Assembly (NCBI GenBank): GCA_965371015.1
Contig: CBDUWU010000001.1
Span: 1,368 to 65,367, forward strand
DNA length: 64,000 nucleotides
Direction of reading: 5' to 3'
DNA from: an uncultured bacterium
GTDB taxonomy: Bacteria > Krumholzibacteriota > Krumholzibacteriia > WVZY01 > JAKEHA01
The position numbers and the translations under genes are program-made. Positions 45,698 to 54,918 of the stretch are shown here, in pieces (the stretch's first letter is position 1; every line of letters begins with the position of its first letter). The notes beneath the pieces were generated by a model, which worked only from the letters and a program-made list of their open reading frames with translations, did no database searches and was not told where the DNA came from.

Positions 45698-48046
45698 TCA
45701 CCGGTGCGTTTCGTCCCCGGTGCCGGCGTCGAAGCGGACGGCGGCCCGCTCGCCCGGCGACAGCTGTATAACGTCCCCGAACGAACGCCCCGATTTGACG
45801 GCGTGGAGACGGTACTCGCCGGGGGCGAGTTTGCCGAAGCGGACCATACCCCGGGGGCCGGTCACGAGCGTCCAGGTCCCGTCGATTGTCACCCGCCAGC
45901 CCGCCGCGTCGTCGGCGTGGATTTCGACGGCGACCTCGCCCGAATCGGACACCTCGTAGTGGTCGAGGACGCCGGTAAAGACCGCGTACGCCTGATCGCG
46001 CTGATACCACGATTCGGCCAGCCTCAACTCCTCTTCCACCGTGCCGATCGAGGGCGGCGCGACAACGATCGCCGGGCACGCCGTCTGCTGGAGCGGATAG
46101 GTCACGGTATCGAACGGGCCCCGCGGCGGGACGTCGAGGCGGGAGGACATCGCGGCGAGCACGCTGGCCGCCATTCGTGACCCCGTGGAACTCCCGGGAA
46201 AGTAATACGTCGTGGCCACCAGCGGACTGTCCACCGGCGCCGTCCGGTGGCGGATTTCGATGTAGCGATTGGCGCCGAACCCGTTGGTCATGCGGGCGAT
46301 GTCTTCCGGCGTTCGCACCTCGTCGTTCGTCCGTGTGAGCTTGACCGCGGCCCCGGCGGACCTCAGGTATCCGGCCAGGTAGCGCGCCACCTGGAGGTTG
46401 GCGTGGGCGCCGGACAGGCCCAGCTTCCCGATTCCCGTCGTGGAGGCCTTTCCGCCCTCGGGATCGAGTACGAATCTCAGCCCGGTGAGGGCGCCCCCGA
46501 ACCACGGGATCAGGTCGACCGTGTCGGGTGGAGAGTCGCCCGCGACGAAGAGAGGGATGTATCCCGGCGCTTCGATCGAAAGGAACGATTCGGCCGAATC
46601 GGCGGTCCCGGCGTTCGACGGGTCTTTGCGCCGGTAGATGAACTCGCCCGCTTGTGAGACGTTCGTTCCGGTCCCGCCGTCGCGCCGGATGACGGCAACG
46701 GTCACCGGTTGTCCCGTCACCGCGTTCCGCACAATCCCCGCCCGGGTTTCCGGGCCGGATTCGGATTCGCGGGTGAGAGAGTGCGCGAACGATTTTCCGC
46801 GGCACTCGACACGGATGGTGGCCGCGTCGCCGCCGGGTTCGGTATGGACGATCACGTCGATCGATCCGGCCGCCACCACCGTCTCGACGGTATCCGCCGC
46901 CGCGACGATACGTACCCCGGTACCGTCCGCTACGGGCAGTCCCCGGCGGTCGAGCAGCCGGACCCTCGCCCGCACGGCGCCGGCGCCGGCGGGAGCCATG
47001 GGCGGCTGGACGTCGAAAGCGGCAAATTCGGGTTCGAAATCGATCGCAAATCGCGTGGAGAGCAGGGGGCTCGTGTTGCCGCCGGTGTTCCTCGCCGAAA
47101 CGGTCGCCTCATACGCACCGTTGGGGAGGTCCCACGGCGGGTTCCAGGCCGCCCGCTGTGCCAGCAGGTCGACGCGGGGCAGAACGGGGCGTCCATTGAG
47201 CGTCATGGTGATGCCGTCGGGATCGATACCGGCGCCCCCGTCGTCTTCGAGCGAATACACGAGTTCGGGCACTGTCTCGTGGAGCGAGTCGACCGGCGAC
47301 AGGCAAGTTACACGGGGAATCCCGCGGCCGAAATACTCGAGGAGGCCGAGGAAGTAGGCTTCGGCCTCCAGTTTCTGTGCCTCCGAGAGCTTGATTTTTT
47401 CTTCCACCCCCGGGTTGGTCAGGTAGCTGGATTCGCCCAGCACGGCGGGCGCGCCGGATTCGCGCAGGATCAGGTAATTGCCCTGCCGGACGATGCCGTT
47501 CTCGATGCCGAGATTCCGCATGAGGTGGCGGTGGACGGCGAACGCCAGATCCAGCGATGCCGGGTCGCCGGCCCGGTAGTAAGTTTCAACCGAGTTCTTC
47601 GCCGGATCTCTCTTTGGCTGGGCGTTGTGGTGGATCGAAATGAGTACGTCGGGGCGGATCGAATCCGCCATCGCCACGCGGGTCCGGAGGTCCGAAGCGA
47701 GCGACGAATCCTCTTCGGTGAGAAAGTCGCGGTCGACCGAACGGGTCATGAAGGCGTCGGCGCCGGCCTCCCGGAGCAGGCCCCACAGGTAGAGCGATAC
47801 ACCGAGGTTGACGCTCGCTTCTTCGAGGCCGTCGCGCCCGACGGTGCCCCGGAAATGCCCCCCGTGACCGGCGTCGATGAGAATCCGGCGGCCCTTCAGC
47901 GCTGAGGGATCGATTCGTGGGAGCGGTTCCGACAGACCGCGGTATAATCGGTCGATGGAATACTGCTTCGGGGGCGCCCCGCACGAGGCGGCGATGCCGG
48001 CCAGAACGGCCAGGAGCGCTAGCGGGATTTGAAGGCGTTGTTTCAT
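45698..48046 (-). CDS. lipoprotein N-acetylmuramoyl-L-alanine amidase with two Amidase_3-like domains, the second apparently degenerate
   Basis: lipobox LAGIAASCG; first domain RILIDAGHGGHFRG...LISIHHNA...YYRAG; second domain (aa ~515-700) LRFVLDPEGGKAST...YIEIRHR with Zn-ligand His positions replaced. Confidence 0.75.
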   Translation of the reverse strand: MKQRLQIPLALLAVLAGIAASCGAPPKQYSIDRLYRGLSEPLPRIDPSALKGRRILIDAGHGGHFRGTVGRDGLEEASVNLGVSLYLWGLLREAGADAFMTRSVDRDFLTEEDSSLASDLRTRVAMADSIRPDVLISIHHNAQPKRDPAKNSVETYYRAGDPASLDLAFAVHRHLMRNLGIENGIVRQGNYLILRESGAPAVLGESSYLTNPGVEEKIKLSEAQKLEAEAYFLGLLEYFGRGIPRVTCLSPVDSLHETVPELVYSLEDDGGAGIDPDGITMTLNGRPVLPRVDLLAQRAAWNPPWDLPNGAYEATVSARNTGGNTSPLLSTRFAIDFEPEFAAFDVQPPMAPAGAGAVRARVRLLDRRGLPVADGTGVRIVAAADTVETVVAAGSIDVIVHTEPGGDAATIRVECRGKSFAHSLTRESESGPETRAGIVRNAVTGQPVTVAVIRRDGGTGTNVSQAGEFIYRRKDPSNAGTADSAESFLSIEAPGYIPLFVAGDSPPDTVDLIPWFGGALTGLRFVLDPEGGKASTTGIGKLGLSGAHANLQVARYLAGYLRSAGAAVKLTRTNDEVRTPEDIARMTNGFGANRYIEIRHRTAPVDSPLVATTYYFPGSSTGSRMAASVLAAMSSRLDVPPRGPFDTVTYPLQQTACPAIVVAPPSIGTVEEELRLAESWYQRDQAYAVFTGVLDHYEVSDSGEVAVEIHADDAAGWRVTIDGTWTLVTGPRGMVRFGKLAPGEYRLHAVKSGRSFGDVIQLSPGERAAVRFDAGTGDETHR

Positions 48047-48130
48047 TACCCCTGCGATAGCAGAAATCGTCGGGTCCATCAAGGACTTTGGCCGGGAAGC
48101 GGGGCACCAAAAGGTTGGAATTAATAACGA

Positions 48131-48167
48131 TTGACGGTCAAAACAGGGCTGTGCTAGTTACTAGCAC
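48131..48167. promoter_or_regulatory. two perfect palindromes (TTGACgGTCAA and GTGCTAGTtACTAGCAC) in the amidase/selA divergent region; putative operator overlapping a promoter
   Basis: 11-bp palindrome at 48131-48141 (contains TTGACG -35-like hexamer) and 17-bp palindrome at 48151-48167 (contains extended -10-like TGcTAGTTA), 19 nt upstream of selA ATG. Confidence 0.4.
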
Positions 48168-48185
48168 GTCATCCGGACAGCAAAC

Positions 48186-49610
48186 ATGAGCGATAAAAAC
48201 AGCAAAGAGGCGCTGCGGGCGATTCCGCCCGTGGACGATATCCTGGCCGACGAGCGGCTCTCCGGTCCCAGGAAACAGCATCCGCGGTTTCCCTGGACCC
48301 GGCTGGTGAGGTCCGTCGTCACGGAGTATCGCGATCTGGGCAAGACGCCGACCGGTGTCGACCCCGCGTCCCGGGATTCTGTGCGGGACTGGGTCGTCAC
48401 TCGGGTGGGGCAGGCTTGCGGTGAACTGGAGCACGGGGGGCAGCGTCGCGTGATCAACGGGACCGGCGTGATCCTCCACACGAATCTGGGCCGCGCCGTT
48501 ATCGGCGCTGGTGCGCGCCGGGCCGTCGATGAAGCGCTTGCGCACTATATGAGCCTCGAGGTGGACCTCGAGAGCGGGCGGCGCAGCGAGCGGGCAACTA
48601 CGTTGAACCGCCTCGCGGCGCTGGCGACGGGGGCCGAAGACGCAATGGTTGTGAACAACAACGCGGCCGCCGTCTATCTCGTGCTCGGAGCGTTTTCTCC
48701 CCCGGGGCGGGTCATCGTGTCGCGCGGAGAACTGGTGGAAATCGGCGGCAGCTTCCGTCTGCCGGAAATCCTCCGGCACGCTTCTTCGGAGGTCATCGAG
48801 GTCGGGACGACCAACCGCACCTACGCCGAGGACTACGAAAAAGTCGCGGTGGAGGGGGACGTCCTGCTCAAGGTCCACAAGAGCAACTATGCCATCGAAG
48901 GGTTCGTCAGCGAGGCGTCTCACGTGGACCTGGTACGCGTCGCGGCCGCCAGGAACTGCCGGCTTGTTTACGACCTGGGAAGCGGCGCGGTGTTCGATTA
49001 TCGCGGGGCCGGAATCGGTGGCGATGAACCTGTCGCCGGCATAGTAGATGCCGGCGTGGATTGTGTGACCATGAGCGGCGACAAGCTGCTCGGGGGAGTG
49101 CAGGCCGGCATTATCGCCGGCAAGAAGGAAGTCCTCGCGTCGGTTCGGAACAACCCGCTGCGCCGGGCGGTGCGGATCGACAAGGTCACCGTCGCGGCTC
49201 TCCAGGATGTCCTGAGACAGTATCTGTTCGGACCGGGACCGGAATCCGGAGTACCCGTACTCGGGCAGGTCCTTGCCGGCCTGGATGTGGTCCGGGAACG
49301 GGCACGCAAGGTGGCTGAGGCCGTGGTCCGGAATCTGGGCGCGGGCGGCGGTCCGGACGTTTCCGCCGTCGACGATGACGCGGCCGTGGGTGGGGGGAGC
49401 TGGAGCTCGGAGTCGGTCGCTTCGGCCGCCGTCTGCATACGCTGCGACGGCGAAAAGGAAGCGGTCCGGCTGGCGCGCCGCCTGAGGTTGAATGACCCGC
49501 CCGTCGTTCCGCGGGTCAGGGGCGCCGAAGTTCGCATTAATATGAGATCGGTGATGCCGTACGAGGATGGGGAGCTCGGTGACGTTCTCGCCTCTGTGCT
49601 GGCGTTGTAA
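48186..49610 (+). CDS. selA: L-seryl-tRNA(Sec) selenium transferase
   Basis: VINGTGVILHTNLGRA, VNNNAAAVYLVL, SRGELVEIGGSFRLPE, PLP-lysine motif SGDKLLGGVQAGII - close to E. coli SelA throughout. Confidence 0.85.
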   Translation: MSDKNSKEALRAIPPVDDILADERLSGPRKQHPRFPWTRLVRSVVTEYRDLGKTPTGVDPASRDSVRDWVVTRVGQACGELEHGGQRRVINGTGVILHTNLGRAVIGAGARRAVDEALAHYMSLEVDLESGRRSERATTLNRLAALATGAEDAMVVNNNAAAVYLVLGAFSPPGRVIVSRGELVEIGGSFRLPEILRHASSEVIEVGTTNRTYAEDYEKVAVEGDVLLKVHKSNYAIEGFVSEASHVDLVRVAAARNCRLVYDLGSGAVFDYRGAGIGGDEPVAGIVDAGVDCVTMSGDKLLGGVQAGIIAGKKEVLASVRNNPLRRAVRIDKVTVAALQDVLRQYLFGPGPESGVPVLGQVLAGLDVVRERARKVAEAVVRNLGAGGGPDVSAVDDDAAVGGGSWSSESVASAAVCIRCDGEKEAVRLARRLRLNDPPVVPRVRGAEVRINMRSVMPYEDGELGDVLASVLAL

Positions 49611-49616
49611 CCATGA

Positions 49617-51161
49617 TTGACCGTTAGATTCGAAAGACGAGTCATGGAAAAGATATCTTCTTATAATATAGCAGTTTCTGTTGATACCTTAAGGGAAGGC
49701 TTTAATTCCGGCCAACTGGTGCCCGCGCTGCACGGGCCGCTGCAGTCTCTGCTGCCGCGGGTAACGCGCGCCGCTGCCGAAGCGCCGGCGTCCGTCTACC
49801 TGTTCTCCGCGGGAGATGGCGCCGAGGTCCGGGATCTGTTCGGATTTGCGCTTGTCGCCGCGCTGTCGCAGCAGATCCCGACGGCGTTGCTCGTCGATTG
49901 CGGATTTCTGGCGGTCGGCCTCAGCGGAGTCGTGCCGCAGAAAGACGCGCTCGGATTCCTCGACCTCCTGCTCTACGGGAGTTCGCTCGGCGTTATCACC
50001 CAGAAAACGAACGGCGGTGTCCACGTGGTGGGGGCGGGGTCCTTTCCGGTAACCAAGAATATGCCGTTCGTACTCAACGCTTTTGAGGAGGCGTCGCGCC
50101 GTCTCGTGTCGCAGTGTCGCTGCGCGGTCTTCTGCGGCCCCCTGTATAACGACGAAGGAGCACTCCACCCGCTGATCGGAGCCGTCGACGTACCGATTAT
50201 GGTGAGACTCGCCGGAACCGGGGGCTCCATCGTCGATCCTATCGAAGAGCAGATCTCCTCGAAGTGGGACTCGGAGTTGCTCAGCGTAAGAGTCACGCCC
50301 CGCGATGCCGCCGCCGCGCCGCCGCCAGCAACCGTGGCTACCGGAGTGGTCGACGAGAAACCCGTCGTCCCTGCGACTCCGGCGGCCGCGCCTCCATCGC
50401 AACATGAATTCGAGGAGATAGTCCCGCCCGCGCCACCGAGACCCGCCCGGGTCGAGACACCGAAACCCGCCCCGGCCCGGACACCGAAACCCGCCCCGGC
50501 CGAGGTTGCCCCGGTCGCTGATGTCGAATTCGAAGAGGAATCAACCGCGTCGCAGTACAAAGAGAAGAAATACTCATCGTTGGTTCCAAAAATCGCAACT
50601 GCTGTTGTCGCAACGGTTGTAGTCGTTTTCCTCGTGTGGTGGTTCAATGAGGAACGGACCGGCGGAGGCGGATCGGAACCTCCGCAGACGACAGGCTCGT
50701 CCGCTGTTTCGGATGTGGATGACGCCGGAGCCGAAACACCGACGGTGGTGGTGGTGGACAGCACGGTGGTGGACAGCACGGTGGTGGACGGCACGGCGGC
50801 GGTTGCCGTTGCCGCGGACACGACGGCCGCGCAGCCGGAACCGGAGCCGACCGGCGCGGCCGGCGCGGTCTCTTCCGACGACATACTCGTGATGGATGAC
50901 CTCGAAAACAACTGGGGTGGACAATACCTCATCCACATCAGTTCGTTCCGCGATTCGGGGAAAGCCCGAACCGAGGTCGGACAATTGACGTCCCGCGGAT
51001 TTTCGGTGTTCATCGTGTACCTGAATCTTGGTGCCAAAGGTTCGTGGTACCGCGTTTACGCCGGTCCCGTAGCGACACGCGAGGACGCGCGAAACATGAA
51101 AAAACTTCTGGACGATACGCCGGGGGTGCGTTTTACTCGCATATCGCAAATCGCGAATTAG
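49617..51161 (+). CDS. SPOR-domain protein with N-terminal degenerate ParA/MinD-like domain, proline-rich repeat linker and TM segment
   Basis: C-terminal YLIHISSFRDSGKARTEVGQLTSRGFSVFIVYLNLGAKGSWYRVYAGPVATREDARNMKKLLDD is SPOR-like; N-domain resembles ParA/MinD fold but with SAGDGAEV in place of Walker A; TM ATAVVATVVVVFLVWWF; start codon uncertain (49617 or 49644). Confidence 0.6.
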   Translation: MTVRFERRVMEKISSYNIAVSVDTLREGFNSGQLVPALHGPLQSLLPRVTRAAAEAPASVYLFSAGDGAEVRDLFGFALVAALSQQIPTALLVDCGFLAVGLSGVVPQKDALGFLDLLLYGSSLGVITQKTNGGVHVVGAGSFPVTKNMPFVLNAFEEASRRLVSQCRCAVFCGPLYNDEGALHPLIGAVDVPIMVRLAGTGGSIVDPIEEQISSKWDSELLSVRVTPRDAAAAPPPATVATGVVDEKPVVPATPAAAPPSQHEFEEIVPPAPPRPARVETPKPAPARTPKPAPAEVAPVADVEFEEESTASQYKEKKYSSLVPKIATAVVATVVVVFLVWWFNEERTGGGGSEPPQTTGSSAVSDVDDAGAETPTVVVVDSTVVDSTVVDGTAAVAVAADTTAAQPEPEPTGAAGAVSSDDILVMDDLENNWGGQYLIHISSFRDSGKARTEVGQLTSRGFSVFIVYLNLGAKGSWYRVYAGPVATREDARNMKKLLDDTPGVRFTRISQIAN

Positions 51162-51260
51162 CCGTACGCCGTTCTTCGCATGCCCGCGCGGGTTTCCGGC
51201 GCGGGCGGCGTGGAAATACGCATAGCGGCGCCTTTCAGTGTTAGCCTGGAGGACCAGCAT

Positions 51261-54200
51261 TTGAATCTCCGCAAGCTACAGATATTCGGGTTCAAGTCTT
51301 TTATGTCCCGCCTGGAACTCGATTTTTCACCCGGGATCACAGCTATCCTCGGACCCAACGGGTGCGGCAAGTCGAACGTTGTCGACGCCATCCGCTGGGT
51401 GCTCGGCGAACAGCGCACCCGTCTGCTGCGTAATACCAAGATGGAAAACGTCCTGTTCAACGGCACGCGTCTCCGCAAGCCGCTGGGTATGGCCGAGGTC
51501 TACATGACGCTTTCCAACGAGGACCACGGTCTTTCGGTCGATTACGAGGAAGTGACGATCGGCCGCAAGTTGTACCGGAGCGGAGTCAGCGAATACACGC
51601 TGAACAACGAGCCCACCCGGCTCAAGACGATTAAAAACCTGCTTGTCGACACAGGGTTGGGCAACAACGCCTACGCGATCATCGAGCGCGATATGGTGGA
51701 CAAGGTTCTCAGCGAGAAGGAACAGGAAAAACGCAATCTGCTGGAAGAAGCCGCGGGTGTGATGCGGTACCGGATCCAGCGGGAAGAAGCTGAGCGCAAG
51801 ATCAAGTTGACCGAGCAGGACCTCCTCCGTCTCGGTGATATCATACAGGAACTCGACAAGGAGATCCGGTCGCTGAAATACCAGATGGCCAAGGCCCGCC
51901 GTTACGTACGGCTGAGGGACAAGTCCAACGAAATGGAAGCGGTACTCCTCAAGGCGACGCTTTACGACCTGCTCATACGCGAGGACGAACTGAACAAGGA
52001 ACGCGAGCGGCACGAGGGAATCCGCCTCGCCGACGACAACGAAATCTCCACGCGCGAAAACAGGCTGCAGGAAAGGCGGATTGAGTCATCGGAGCAGGAA
52101 CACTCGCTTCAGGGGCTGCGTGAGACCCGGTACAACGTCAGCAGTAACCTCCAGCAGCACGAGGAAAAGATCGCCGTTCACACGGAGAGGGTCAACAGCA
52201 GCCGCGGCCGGATTGTCGAGGATCGCGCCGAAATCGACCGGGCGCGCGAGAAGCTCCACAATCTGGCCAGCGACCTCGAACGCTACAACAACGAAGTGGG
52301 CGGGCGCGGAAACCGGCTCGAGACCCTTCGCGAGGAACTCTCAACGCAAGAGGAATCATTGCGCTCGGTGTCCAGGCGTCTCGACGAAGCCCGAAAGGAC
52401 TTGCGGGAGAAGAAACAACTGGCTCTGAATCTGGTCGAGGCGAAGGCCAGGGAGGAAGGGCTCGTCGAGCATCTCGAGTCGACGCTGACCGAGCTGGAGG
52501 GCAAACGCGAGTCGATCGAGAATCAAGTCTCGGACCTGTCGGAGGAAGAATCCCGAAGGGTATCGGAACTCGGCGAGGTGGAACACAGGTTCAACGAAGC
52601 CGGCCGGCAGCTCGACAGCAGGCGTGATGATTCGAGAAAATTCACCTCGGAGCTGGACCGCCTGGCGGAAGAAACTGCGTCCTGCGAGAAAGCGCTTTCC
52701 GAAGCAGTTCGCAACCAGACCAAACTACGCGAAAAAAAGGAATTCCTGGACAAAATCAAGCGGGAACACACCCGCTGGTCTGACGATACTCTGGGAGCGC
52801 ACGAAGGGTTGAGCGGAGTCCTCTCGGACTTCGTGCACGTGGACAAGGAATACCGCAAGTGTTTCGAAGCCTGTCTCGCGCCCGTGCTCAACGGCGTCGT
52901 GGCCCGCTCCCGCGAAGACGCCGTCGTGTGCATTCGTGAATTCGTCGCCGCCGACAGCGGTCGTGTCCAGATACTGATTTCCCTGTCGGATCCGGACGCC
53001 GCCCCCCCGGGGGGCGAGACGGTCAGCGGCGAGGGGATCGTCGGGCCCGCTTCGTCGCTCGCCAGGTTCGACAAAAGCATCGAAGCCTATATGCGTTCGT
53101 ATCTGTCCGGCGTGGTGGTGGTGGAGGACACCGACGCGGCGCTCGATGTGATCGAGAGCGGCCGGGTGGCGCGAGTCGTAACGCTCGACGGTGTGTTTTT
53201 CGACGGACCGGCGCGTATTATCGTCGCCGGCTCGGATGACGTGGAAACCACGCTTCTCGATTACGACGCCAAACTGACCGAACTCTCGGCGGGCCTCGAG
53301 CACCTCGAAGGCGCGGGGCGTGAGTTGGAGCAGCTGCGCGACTCCCTCGCCCGTGACCGCGAGAGAGTTCAACGGGATGTCGCCGAGGCGCGCACGACGA
53401 TCGCCGCGCAGGAGCAGGCGGTCGAGTCGTTGCGCGGTACGCGGCGCGACCGGGAGTTGGCCGTCGTTCGGGTCAAGGAAAAGATCACGTCGGCCGAATC
53501 CGCTCTGGCGGAAAACGGGGAATCGGTATCAGCCGTAAAAATCCGGCTGGAGGCCACGACGAATCGTCCGAACAGCGGTGCTGCCGCGAATGCGGGCGCC
53601 GGCGACGTGGATGACGTAGATGTGGCGCGGACCGAAGAACTGACCCTCGACCTCGAACGCGAAAAGGAATTGCTGGCCGAGTCGGTCGGAAGGCTGAAGC
53701 TCGAGAACGTCTCGGTGTCGGGAGAAGTGGACACGCTTCAGACCAAGATTCGCAACGCGGAAAAACTCGACGAGGAGCTCAAGCAGTTGATGCAGGCGCG
53801 GAAAGAAGACGAAACGCGGTGCCAGGAACAGATCACGGTGAGCGAAGAGGACGTTGCGAGTCTCCGGTCGGGCATTTCGGGCCTCCACGCGGAAAAAGAA
53901 ACGGTCGAGCGGGAGATCGAACAGATCAGCGAAGCCCACGAGGAAACCAAACGAGAGTGCGACGAACTGGAAAAAGAGCTTAAGCAGATGAAAGACCAGC
54001 GCGACGCCAAACGCGAGAACCTCGAACGAGTCAGCGTCGAGACGGCGTCGCTGGAAACCCGAGTCTCCGGTCTGCTGGAAAAAGCCGAGGAGAATTTCGA
54101 TCAGGACCTTCGGCCATACCTGAAGAACCGGGAGTTGTTCGACCCCTCAGAATGGGAAAACTTCAACCGCGAGGCGCTGTCGCAGCTCAAGGCCAAGGTC

Positions 54201-54878
54201 GAGAACTTTGGACCTGTCAACATGCTCGCTCTCGATGAATACAACGAGAAGAATGAACGGTTCGAGTTTCTCAGCAAGCAGAAGGCCGATCTGGAGGAAG
54301 CGAAGAACTCGCTCACCCTGGCGATCAGGAGAATCAACAAGGAAGCGCGCCGGTTGCTGCGGGAGACTTTCGAACAAGTCCGCCAGAATTTCAAGCAGAC
54401 GTTTCTCACTCTGTTCGACGGTGGTGAGGTCGACCTGTTGTTCGTAGATTCGGACGATCCGCTGGAAGCCAATATCAAAATCGTCGCCAACCCCAAGGGT
54501 AAAAAGCTCCACGATATCGCGAGCCTCTCGAGTGGCGAGCGCGCGCTGGTCGCGTTGTCGCTCCTCTTCGGGATCTATCTGGTCAAGCCGAGCCCCTTCT
54601 GCGTGTTCGACGAAGTCGACGCTCCGCTCGATGACGCGAACATCGCCCGTTTCGTCAGGCTGCTCAAGTCGTTTACGGATCGCACCCAGTTCATCGTAAT
54701 CACGCACAACAAGAAGACGATGGAAGCGGCGGACAACCTTTACGGCGTCACCATGGAAGAGCCGGGGATTTCCAAGCTGGTATCCATCCGCCTCGACGAG
54801 GCGGAACGGTTCCGGCACCACCGCACAGGGACGAATCAGTCGGACGACGCACCTTCGGCGGCGGCGCCGGCGGCCTGA
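51261..54878 (+). CDS. smc: chromosome segregation protein SMC (TTG start)
   Basis: N-terminal Walker A [21 protein letters not shown], long coiled-coils with central hinge, C-terminal [42 protein letters not shown] RBS 7 nt before TTG 51261. Confidence 0.9.
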   Translation: [1205 protein letters not shown]

Positions 54879-54918
54879 CCGCAAGCCCCCCGACACGCCG
54901 GCACTGGCACCCGCAAGT

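Noticed and set aside
45579-47905. overlapping ORFs 45579..46805 (-), 46247..46657 (+), 46709..47905 (+) and 47586..48110 (-)
   Set aside because: All lie within the amidase gene (45698..48046, minus), which has signal peptide, lipobox and Amidase_3 motifs; the alternatives are Arg/Gly/Pro-rich with no motifs
49973-51260. 354-aa and 228-aa minus-strand ORFs
   Set aside because: Antisense to the SPOR-protein gene; low-complexity translations driven by its DNA repeats
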